64,000 nt of DNA from UHGV virus genome UHGV-1373625. One strand, 5' to 3'. Position numbers and translations under genes: made by a program. Shown here piece by piece: positions 57,543 through 64,000 of the stretch; the first letter of the stretch is position 1; each line of letters opens with the position of its first letter. Source of the DNA: a virus. The notes under the pieces were generated by a model. That model was not told where the DNA came from. It did not search any database and saw only the letters and a list, made by a program, of their open reading frames with translations.

Positions 57543-57571
57543 ATACTATGAAATTATCTGAGAGGTGTCAA
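57543..57571 (-). promoter_or_regulatory. sigma70-like promoter TTGACA-N17-TAGTAT on the minus strand
   Basis: The reverse complement of 57543-57571 reads TTGACA cctctcagataatttca TAGTAT. It lies upstream of the 57524 gene start. The hexamers match those at 1133-1161. Confidence 0.5.
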
Positions 57572-57602
57572 TACTTTTTTGTTTAAACTACAGGATAAAA
57601 AT

Positions 57603-57638
57603 AAAGACTTGTGACAACCTGAATCGTCACAAGTCTTT
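57603..57638. terminator. 13-bp-stem hairpin (bidirectional terminator-like)
   Basis: AAAGACTTGTGAC aacctgaatc GTCACAAGTCTTT, flanked by A/T runs. Confidence 0.5.
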
Positions 57639-57646
57639 ATTTGCAT

Positions 57647-57943
57647 TTATTCGAGGGGGATATTCAGCATTGGGATATTCTCGCCAGTAACCTTGGGCAA
57701 TACTCCATTCCATCCTGTAGCCATGATGTATCGGATAAGCTCAGGGGTAAGGGACTCAGCGAGCTTCTTATTCGCTGTATATTGAGCTTCCACTTTCTTC
57801 GTAATGGAATATGCCTCGGCGTCCGCAATCTTTCGCATAGATTCCGCACGGCCTTCCGCCTCGGCTTTCTCAATACAAGTAAGAGCGTAAATGCCGAAAG
57901 CAAGGACAAAAACAAGAGTAACACACGCGATAATCTTTTTCAT
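57647..57943 (-). CDS. membrane-anchored coiled-coil protein (i-spanin-like?)
   Basis: An N-terminal TM helix (IIACVTLVFVLAFGIYAL) is followed by a helical periplasmic-type region. It is adjacent to the holin-like gene. Confidence 0.35.
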   Translation of the reverse strand: MKKIIACVTLVFVLAFGIYALTCIEKAEAEGRAESMRKIADAEAYSITKKVEAQYTANKKLAESLTPELIRYIMATGWNGVLPKVTGENIPMLNIPLE

Positions 57944-58125
57944 TATACATCTTCCTTAGAAATAATTTTAAAAATTTTATAACTCAAAAATACAGTTACG
58001 GGGAAACTAATAATCAATGCCACTCCGATCAGAACCAAAGCCGTAGATTCGGAACTAATCAAAAACGGCAGAAGAAATCCAAACAGCCCAATCACATAAA
58101 CCAGATTGATCAAGACGTAAACCAA
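57943..58125 (-). CDS. holin-like two-TM small protein
   Basis: 60 aa with two TM helices and a charged C-terminus KIISKEDV. Confidence 0.35.
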   Translation of the reverse strand: MVYVLINLVYVIGLFGFLLPFLISSESTALVLIGVALIISFPVTVFLSYKIFKIISKEDV

Positions 58126-58194
58126 AAATAGGAGAATATCATCTTCCGTCTTTTGTAGAATTGAAGCAACATTATCACGCTTTTTGTTTCTTCG

Positions 58195-58467
58195 CTATTC
58201 ATCGGAATCACCTTTATGATCTAGTTTTTCCCGGAGCTTCCATTCTTGGATAGAACGCTGGAGATATCCTTTTTCCCATTCTTCCACTCCTACCTCCTTT
58301 TTTACGGCTACCATAGCGTTTCTTACTTCCGCGCAAGACCGTTTCAATGCTGCGGTATACGTTACTCCAGCATACTCGTAGCCAAGAGCGGCTACGAGCC
58401 TTGCCCGTTCGAGAAATCTTTCGCACTCAAAGATTGCGGTGTCTACGGTTTTCTTATTGATGCTCAT
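58195..58467 (-). CDS. hypothetical protein
   Basis: 90 aa. Confidence 0.35.
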   Translation of the reverse strand: MSINKKTVDTAIFECERFLERARLVAALGYEYAGVTYTAALKRSCAEVRNAMVAVKKEVGVEEWEKGYLQRSIQEWKLREKLDHKGDSDE

Positions 58468-58563
58468 TTTACAAGCTCCTCCTTTTTTTATATGGGTTAT
58501 CAGTACAAATCTGTTTATCTATATTAGGGGGGCATTAAGCCCCCACCACTTTACAAAATCCAA

Positions 58564-58734
58564 TTATTCGGGCTTCGCATAATTCGGGGCCTTTACGGGC
58601 TTACGAAATTCCGCTTTGCACTTGTCGCAAAGCTGAGTCCCTCTTACGCGGGGCTTTCCACATTCTGCACAACGCAACGCCTTTTCGGGATTCTTCTTGC
58701 CATAGAAAAAGCTGGTAGGAATCATAATAGCCAT
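58564..58734 (-). CDS. small Zn-ribbon protein (56 aa, below the ORF-track cutoff)
   Basis: MAIMIPTSFFYGKKNPEKALRCAECGKPRVRGTQLCDKCKAEFRKPVKAPNYAKPE. An AAGGAGAG RBS lies on the minus strand. Confidence 0.4.
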   Translation of the reverse strand: MAIMIPTSFFYGKKNPEKALRCAECGKPRVRGTQLCDKCKAEFRKPVKAPNYAKPE

Positions 58735-58841
58735 GTTGATCTCTCCTTGTTGATTAAAATGTTTAGATTAAAATGGTTTGATAGAATATTTCCGTGTTCC
58801 CTTTCTCTTGAAACGCATACTATGAAATTTTCGTTACCTTG

Positions 58842-59354
58842 TCAACATTTTTTTTTAAAATTATTTTCAATGCTCCATTCAATCCAATTCATCCTATCTT
58901 TATGCGCGGTTCCATTGGGCTTCGCTACAGGCCAGTAGTAACCCTTTGGATAGCAATCCAACGAGTCCTTGCTAATGCCGCCAAAAAACTTTTTCGTGTG
59001 ATAGTAGTCAAAGTCCTTACGCAAGAGATTAACCCTTTGCGACAGGTGGAAAAGATTATCCCCGAGCCAGAAAGGTTTTTTGGTTGACTCAAAACTGTAT
59101 AATCTGACACCATTCAACCATTCACGAGTCGCATGTAACTTTCCGAACCGCATATAGTATTCGGAGCACAAAGTCGCAATATATTTTCTTAAATCGTATT
59201 CATACCCCTCCCACATAAGACAAGCTGGATGGTTCTTTGTGGGCACACGACCAGAAAAAATCTGATAGGCTTCCACGATTTGCTTATTCAGCCTCTTGTT
59301 GTCGAGAATCTTAGCCGTTTCAAGAAAGTCAGGAGTGGGAAGAAACGTCTGCAT
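58842..59354 (-). CDS. pyrimidine-dimer DNA glycosylase (DenV/Pyr_excise)-like protein (putative)
   Basis: The N-terminus MQTFLPTPDFLETAKILDNKRLNKQIVEAYQI resembles the bacterial DenV-family M.LWSLHP.YLD.KGL...WRE pattern. The call is tentative. Confidence 0.3.
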   Translation of the reverse strand: MQTFLPTPDFLETAKILDNKRLNKQIVEAYQIFSGRVPTKNHPACLMWEGYEYDLRKYIATLCSEYYMRFGKLHATREWLNGVRLYSFESTKKPFWLGDNLFHLSQRVNLLRKDFDYYHTKKFFGGISKDSLDCYPKGYYWPVAKPNGTAHKDRMNWIEWSIENNFKKKC

Positions 59355-59372
59355 GACAATTAACCTCTTTCT

Positions 59373-59729
59373 TTAAGAATTAAAAACTGTGCGCCTACGA
59401 AGACTAGAGCATCCTTTGACACGATGATTTTCGTCCCGTACAAGCTCGTCGGGGCAAAGCAAATCAATCCTATCCGACGAATCAAAAACCATGTTCGTTA
59501 CGATGTACATAACACCCGATTCCGGAGCGGGCAAGCCTTTAATCTCTCTTTCCACAATTTCACTTACAGGTACGTAAAGTGAGGGTCCATGATCAGGACA
59601 GAATACTCCATCATATTCTCGGATATAGTTAACCCGAGCCATACCTTCGGATTGAAAACGAAGCAGCTCAACAGTTCCAGAAGGATTGTAAATATTAATA
59701 TCGTGTCCGGTGAAATTACGAATCTTCAT
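59373..59729 (-). CDS. hypothetical protein
   Basis: 118 aa. Confidence 0.35.
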   Translation of the reverse strand: MKIRNFTGHDINIYNPSGTVELLRFQSEGMARVNYIREYDGVFCPDHGPSLYVPVSEIVEREIKGLPAPESGVMYIVTNMVFDSSDRIDLLCPDELVRDENHRVKGCSSLRRRTVFNS

Positions 59730-59765
59730 TTTTATCCTCTTTTAGTTTATTTATTGCTTGTAGAA

Positions 59766-60071
59766 TTATCGCTCACAGATTCTTAACTGTGCGTCTAACC
59801 CACACCAACTAAAGTCTTTATAGACAGTGTAGCATTTAGGGGCTTCGTCTGATGGTCTTTCCGTGGTTATGATTATGTCACTGAGGAAAAAGGCTTGGCT
59901 CATCCCTACAAACTTTTCTCCTTTTCGTAAATTTACTTTCCGTATGTCTTCATCATTTGCATTCTCAACATGACTACATGCTGGAAGGATGGAAAACACA
60001 AAGACCACTATGGCGGCGACAATCATCCTTTCAACAAAACTGAATGTATCGAAATTTTTCATAGGAGTCAA
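59766..60071 (-). CDS. putative lipoprotein
   Basis: A signal peptide is followed by the lipobox ILPAC. Confidence 0.4.
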   Translation of the reverse strand: MTPMKNFDTFSFVERMIVAAIVVFVFSILPACSHVENANDEDIRKVNLRKGEKFVGMSQAFFLSDIIITTERPSDEAPKCYTVYKDFSWCGLDAQLRICER

Positions 60072-60081
60072 CCATTTTTTC

Positions 60082-60546
60082 CTATTCTTTAAAGTTTACG
60101 TAAAAATTTTCGAGGCACAAAGTAAGTTCCGTTTTACAGGTGCAGCATCTATATGATACTTGCGTTTCTCCTCCACATCCAGAAGCTCTTGTATATTCCA
60201 TGCGTTCGCCACAGGAAGGGCATGTCGCATTGATGAATTCATAAACTAGCGGCGTACTGTTGCATGTAGAAGTAAAGCTCATCTTATCTTTAATCATCCT
60301 CTCCAATGCTTCTTTGCGATAATCATATGGTACGCCTCTGCGTCTACGTGCAGATCCTTCCCGAAACGTAATTTGTTCCATGAACTCCATAGGATTGATT
60401 TCCACCTCATCCAAGTATCTATCGGTTGGAATGAATTTCTTAAAATCGGACAATTTCATAATTACCTCTCTATTATTTAAATTTCCTTCAATGTGCATTT
60501 CGTCTTTCCGTAAATGCACATTGAAGGAAATTTTAGATGATGTCAA
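60082..60546 (-). CDS. Zn-ribbon / Cys-rich hypothetical protein
   Basis: The C-terminus has CPSCG...CGG...CCTCK...C. Confidence 0.35.
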   Translation of the reverse strand: MTSSKISFNVHLRKDEMHIEGNLNNREVIMKLSDFKKFIPTDRYLDEVEINPMEFMEQITFREGSARRRRGVPYDYRKEALERMIKDKMSFTSTCNSTPLVYEFINATCPSCGERMEYTRASGCGGETQVSYRCCTCKTELTLCLENFYVNFKE

Positions 60547-60560
60547 GCATTTTTTTTAAC

Positions 60561-61466
60561 TTAGCAATCAAAAACAATTTCCGCCATATCGAAGTAAAGA
60601 TAGTCACTGTAAGTAATGGCTCCGTTACTATTCTCTGTCGCGGAGATTGCGCGTCTCCGAATTTCCGAGATTACCCTAGACAGTTCTGTAATGCTCCTAT
60701 CCTGATAAGCGTCAGCAAGTTCGTGCAAAAGCTGCCTACGGCTCACTGCGTAGGAGCATTCCGTGCTTCTAACAAAAAGATCTCGCTGACTTTCAGAGGT
60801 AAACGCCACAGGTACAATCTTGCGTCGCGTAAAAACGCCTTTGTAAAAAACAATCTTTTCTTCTTTCATCATGTAAGCATAGTAGCATCGAACGGTAGGT
60901 TCTTTGTTTTCCTGCGCACTACCCTCCTGAGTATTAACTTCCTGTGTATTAGCTTTTCTTTGCATATTAGCTTCCTCCTTTTCCTCTACATACAGTATGA
61001 GTTTACTCCAATCATCGGCGGTAATTTTTGAACAAGGCTTGTTACTTCCGAAAGGACATGCTACGTCCTTATATGCAAGGGGACAAGTTTCATATTCCTT
61101 GAGGGAACCACACTGTCCAGCAAGAGATGTAGCTCCATGTTTTTCAAGAATATCTTTATATATGCCTATTCCCCTATCAAGAACGGAAGAGTCAATTAGA
61201 GGAAAATGCGCCTCGATTTCCATTTTATTGTCCTCTTTTTTTTCTACCATAGTTCTCACTTCGCTCCAATGGCTTTCATCTACGTCACCACACATAGCCT
61301 TTAACGGGCATGGGCCTTCTTCTGCATCTGGGCAGACCACATGTATCGTGCAAAGCCCGGGTGATCTTCTACAAAGATGAGCTAGCTCTTTATCCGTCTT
61401 TCTACTTAAAATGAGAGTAAAAAGTTCTTTCCTTCGCTCTACGTTCTTCTGAGAAATATTTGACAT
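60561..61466 (-). CDS. Cys-rich hypothetical protein (301 aa)
   Basis: The N-terminal half has C..SPGLC..H..CPD....CP...C clusters. The C-terminal half is basic. Confidence 0.4.
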   Translation of the reverse strand: MSNISQKNVERRKELFTLILSRKTDKELAHLCRRSPGLCTIHVVCPDAEEGPCPLKAMCGDVDESHWSEVRTMVEKKEDNKMEIEAHFPLIDSSVLDRGIGIYKDILEKHGATSLAGQCGSLKEYETCPLAYKDVACPFGSNKPCSKITADDWSKLILYVEEKEEANMQRKANTQEVNTQEGSAQENKEPTVRCYYAYMMKEEKIVFYKGVFTRRKIVPVAFTSESQRDLFVRSTECSYAVSRRQLLHELADAYQDRSITELSRVISEIRRRAISATENSNGAITYSDYLYFDMAEIVFDC

Positions 61467-61551
61467 TTCATCCTCCTTGATAAATTCTTCGTAGATAAAC
61501 TCTTCGTGAACACACTATGCCGAATTTTCGCTAGCATGTCAACAATTATGT

Positions 61552-61881
61552 TTATTTAAAAATATACACGATAAAGATTGTAAACAAGCTTACCGCACCA
61601 AACCCGGCTAGAGAAGCAACTACTCCATATGCAAATGATTTGGGAAACTTTTCAACAAAACGCTTTTTCATGACATACATTCTTTGGGAAATCTCTTTTG
61701 AGGGAACTTCATATTCACGCCCGCACATTGTGCATTTCCAAATAAAAACAATAAAAACCGTCTCCCCATCTCCTCTTAGTTCGTTCCCATCCTTTTGGAA
61801 AACCGTATGTGAACCACCACAAACAGGGCAGTCCCTTCCAAAATCATATGCTGGCACTGAGATACGAATATCGTTTTTCAT
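61552..61881 (-). CDS. Zn-ribbon protein with a C-terminal TM helix, paralog of 61906-62238
   Basis: Shared layout: PAY...D.CP.CG...DGETVF...C..C...Y.VP.K..SQ, then a TM helix. Confidence 0.4.
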   Translation of the reverse strand: MKNDIRISVPAYDFGRDCPVCGGSHTVFQKDGNELRGDGETVFIVFIWKCTMCGREYEVPSKEISQRMYVMKKRFVEKFPKSFAYGVVASLAGFGAVSLFTIFIVYIFK

Positions 61882-61905
61882 TTAATTATCTCCATATTTT
61901 TTAAA

Positions 61906-62238
61906 TTACTTAAAGAGTGATTTGAAAAGCAGGAGTCCCAAACAACCTGACCCAAATACACCTATAAAGACCAATGCGGAGCATATCAAAGTTTTGGCTA
62001 AATCCTCCCAAAAAATTTTAATAAAAATATATTTTAGATGTTCGGTCTTTTGGGAAACCTTTTTCCCCGGAACTACGTAATTATAAGAGCATCTCCGGCA
62101 TCTCCAAACAAACACTGTTTCTCCATCTTCCGTTGTTTTTATATCTGGTGTATAACCATTAAAAGGCCAGTCCCCACAGATAGGGCATTTATCGGGAGCC
62201 TTATATGCTGGCCTATCCACAATATCGCTGTATTTCAT
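61906..62238 (-). CDS. Zn-ribbon protein with a C-terminal TM helix, paralog of 61552-61881
   Basis: See the paralog entry. Confidence 0.4.
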   Translation of the reverse strand: MKYSDIVDRPAYKAPDKCPICGDWPFNGYTPDIKTTEDGETVFVWRCRRCSYNYVVPGKKVSQKTEHLKYIFIKIFWEDLAKTLICSALVFIGVFGSGCLGLLLFKSLFK

Positions 62239-62361
62239 TTTAAGATACCTCCTCTTTTTTATCGTTTCGTCCCAATAATCGTAAAGAAGAAAATCACGCT
62301 AAGAATTGCTATAACGTAAATAAAATTATCTGGAATTATGTACAGGTGCTCCTTAGCTTTT

Positions 62362-62556
62362 TTAGTAAAAAACAAATAGTATCGTACTTACTATGTTAAT
62401 CACCGTGACCGCGATTGCCAATATACAAAAGTCTTCTTTGTCTCCATAAAACATTAAATCATTATCAGATGGTGGGGGGATTATTTCCATCTTTAAAAGT
62501 TTCTTTTTCCTCGTGAATTTATGAAAAGGTGTTTTATGTTTCACGCCAGTCTCCAC
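62362..62556 (-). CDS. small membrane protein
   Basis: 64 aa. Confidence 0.25.
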   Translation of the reverse strand: METGVKHKTPFHKFTRKKKLLKMEIIPPPSDNDLMFYGDKEDFCILAIAVTVINIVSTILFVFY

Positions 62557-63020
62557 TTTTCCCGTTCATCTTTCCATATCTTTCCACCAAGAATGCCCGG
62601 AGGGACAATCCATGTCTTCGCCTTCTCGGGATCATAGGCTTTACGGTAATCCCTAATGTGAATCTGCATTTGATCTTCGCTCAAAGCGCCAGCTTCCTTT
62701 ACAAAATACTGATTCCTCCGATATGGCATCTGGTATCTGTATATGAAAACGTCTCTTCCGCCATTCGTCCAATACTTTTTCATATTTTCAAAATTGTATG
62801 AAAACTTGACTTTTTCTTCAAGCAGGACAGCAGGTTCGAATTCGCCTTTCTTGATATCGAATATTTCTATCCTTCCCGCCTTAGCTCTGATCCTGCGGTT
62901 AGTTACAAGCGCCCTTACGAAACCAAGAATTTTGTTGGAATCGACACCAATGATAACACCTGTAATGTTATGCTTGTGAAGATATCCTATGAAATGACGA
63001 GTTTCCAAGTTATCTTTCAT
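62541..63020 (-). CDS. hypothetical protein
   Basis: 159 aa. No family was recognised. Confidence 0.35.
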   Translation of the reverse strand: MKDNLETRHFIGYLHKHNITGVIIGVDSNKILGFVRALVTNRRIRAKAGRIEIFDIKKGEFEPAVLLEEKVKFSYNFENMKKYWTNGGRDVFIYRYQMPYRRNQYFVKEAGALSEDQMQIHIRDYRKAYDPEKAKTWIVPPGILGGKIWKDEREKWRLA

Positions 63021-63036
63021 ATCGATATACCCTCCC

Positions 63037-63324
63037 TTATTTAGAATATTTCCATGTATCGTCCAACTTTACAGAGAAAGCTACCGCGCCATTAAAACTT
63101 GAAAGTTTAACAAAACCCACATTTTCCCCAAATTCATTACGATTAAATTTACCATTAATGAATATTATTCTTCCGTCTATATGAATGCTCGCTGTTATTT
63201 CACTTTCATTAGCCGGGAGTACATCCCTGAATCTCGTTTCATCATGTAGGGGCTTATCTTTGGGTTTCGTTTTAACTGGGCTCATATATTCGCAATAAGT
63301 ATGAGTATAAGTAGTCCGTACCAT
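63037..63324 (-). CDS. hypothetical protein (first gene of the leftward block)
   Basis: 95 aa. An AAGGAGA RBS lies on the minus strand. Confidence 0.35.
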   Translation of the reverse strand: MVRTTYTHTYCEYMSPVKTKPKDKPLHDETRFRDVLPANESEITASIHIDGRIIFINGKFNRNEFGENVGFVKLSSFNGAVAFSVKLDDTWKYSK

Positions 63325-63348
63325 TTAATTTCTCCTTGCATTAAAAAG

Positions 63349-63377
63349 ATGCTACCCTATTTCGAATTTTTATGCAA
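63349..63377 (-). promoter_or_regulatory. candidate leftward promoter TTGCAT-N17-TAGCAT
   Basis: The reverse complement of 63349-63377. It lies immediately downstream of the iteron array relative to minus-strand transcription. Confidence 0.3.
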
Positions 63378-63412
63378 CAAAATTTTTTTCTATTTTATTA
63401 AAATTCTTTAGC

Positions 63413-63597
63413 TTGAAAATGTTAGCTCTGAAAGTATTCCCCACCTGTCTCGAAAATGTTAGCTCAAAAGTCAGTCCCCACCTCGCTCAAAAACTTTAGC
63501 TCGGCTTGACCTCCCCACCTCGTTTGAAAATGTTAGCTCGGCTTGCACTCCCCACCTGTCCTGAAAATGTTAGCTTGGATCGAATCCCCCACCTTTT
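63413..63597. repeat. five tandem 37-bp iteron-like direct repeats
   Basis: The units start at 63413, 63450, 63487, 63524 and 63561. The consensus is tYGAAAATGTTAGCTC - N10 - TCCCCACCT - N3. Conserved flanks surround a variable 10-bp core. Confidence 0.7.
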
Positions 63598-63621
63598 CCT
63601 AGAGCGCACGCGACCCGGATT

Positions 63622-63690
63622 GATTGATTGTGCAATCAATGTATGCTGATTGACCGAACAATCAAGACTGGTTGATTGTACGCGCAACCA
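63622..63690. repeat. cluster of inverted repeats built on TGATTG/CAATCA half-sites in a locally GC-rich patch
   Basis: ATTGATTG tg CAATCAAT at 63623-63640. TGATTG...CAATCA at 63647-63664. GGTTG...CAACC at 63670-63690. Confidence 0.45.
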
Positions 63691-63823
63691 ATGCCGCCCT
63701 ATGGGTACAGAGCAAGAGAGCGTCAAGACTTGCAAGAGCATGACGCCGCAAGGCGAGGCGTGACCATGTAAAGACGCGAGCTTATACACTAGACGCCGCC
63801 CATGCTTTTCTTTTCGTGATAGT

Positions 63824-63975
63824 GTTATGTTTCATTGCCTATCCCTTTGTTCCTTCATAAATCGATTATGCGGCCTTTTTGTTTCTTTCATGGGTTATCC
63901 TTTACGTTTCAATAAATCGCTTCTTAAATCGGCATTTGTGAGCGTCTTTTTTCTTTCTCATGGATACGGGCAAGC
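63824..63975. repeat. two to three imperfect direct repeats of about 55 bp
   Basis: The units begin near 63824, 63877 and 63947. They share tgtttc-ttcatgg / tatcc(t)tt / ttcaataaatcg...cggc. Confidence 0.35.
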
Positions 63976-64000
63976 TGTACCGTGCTCAAGCTGTACCGTG
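63971..64000. repeat. 14-bp direct repeat CAAGCTGTACCGTG x2 at the window edge
   Basis: 63971-63984 and 63987-64000 are identical. The window truncates any continuation. Confidence 0.35.

Noticed and set aside
63413-63597. Possible CRISPR array
   Set aside because: The units are 37 bp back to back. Conserved flanks surround only a 10-bp variable core. There are no unique spacers of spacer length and no cas genes. Iterons or operators fit better.
63496-63789. 97-aa minus-strand ORF across the iteron and palindrome region
   Set aside because: It lies entirely on tandem repeats and the GC-rich palindromes. No RBS is present. It is almost certainly non-coding.
1-64000. tRNA or other structured RNA genes in intergenic regions
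   Set aside because: Intergenic stretches are short. They are accounted for by terminator hairpins or promoters. No cloverleaf-compatible segment was spotted by eye. A tRNAscan-type run would be needed to be sure.

Overview
This 64-kb window looks like most of the genome of a tailed dsDNA phage or prophage. It has HK97-type morphogenesis genes and a siphovirus-like tail. Overall it is AT-rich, with strong GGAGG-type ribosome-binding sites and sigma70-like TTGACA-N17-TAnnnT promoters. The window divides into five parts. (1) 1-1107, minus strand: small early genes, including a Lar-like restriction-alleviation Zn-ribbon protein. (2) 1216-19260, plus strand: replication, recombination and nucleotide-metabolism genes. 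These are an SNF2 helicase, an acidic protein, a DUF2800 PD-(D/E)XK nuclease, a DUF2815 SSB, HU, a second Lar, an RdgC-like protein, a family-A DNA polymerase encoded as two ORFs joined by an apparently split intein plus a second large intein in the C fragment, RtcB RNA ligase, a divergent ThyX-like protein, a free-standing GIY-YIG homing endonuclease, dUTPase, anaerobic RNR NrdD and its activase NrdG, and a P-loop kinase-like protein. (3) 19400-52063, plus strand: the late operon. It runs portal, prohead protease, major capsid, connector and head-closure proteins, major tail protein, a G/GT chaperone with an A_AAA_AAC -1 slip site, an antisense membrane moron, a gp10-like protein, a 1367-aa tape measure, an NlpC/P60 tail peptidase, a 1746-aa J-like protein, tail fibers and chaperone, a major-tail-protein-like chimeric paralog, a GC-rich island encoding Gly/Cys-rich proteins, and finally a large terminase that carries an Ala1 mini-intein in its P-loop. 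(4) 52158-63324, minus strand: about 30 small accessory genes. These include an HNH endonuclease, a DenV-like glycosylase candidate, a holin-like gene and a spanin-like gene, a receiver-like protein, an ImmA-like fragment, several tandem paralog pairs, and Zn-ribbon and Cys-rich proteins. This block is separated from the late operon by a perfect 20-bp inverted-repeat convergent terminator. (5) 63330-64000: non-coding and repeat-rich. It holds five tandem 37-bp iteron-like units, a GC-rich patch of TGATTG/CAATCA palindromes, and further direct repeats, so it is probably an origin or regulatory region. No tRNA, rRNA or CRISPR array was recognised. All calls come from reading motifs by eye, and no database search was run.
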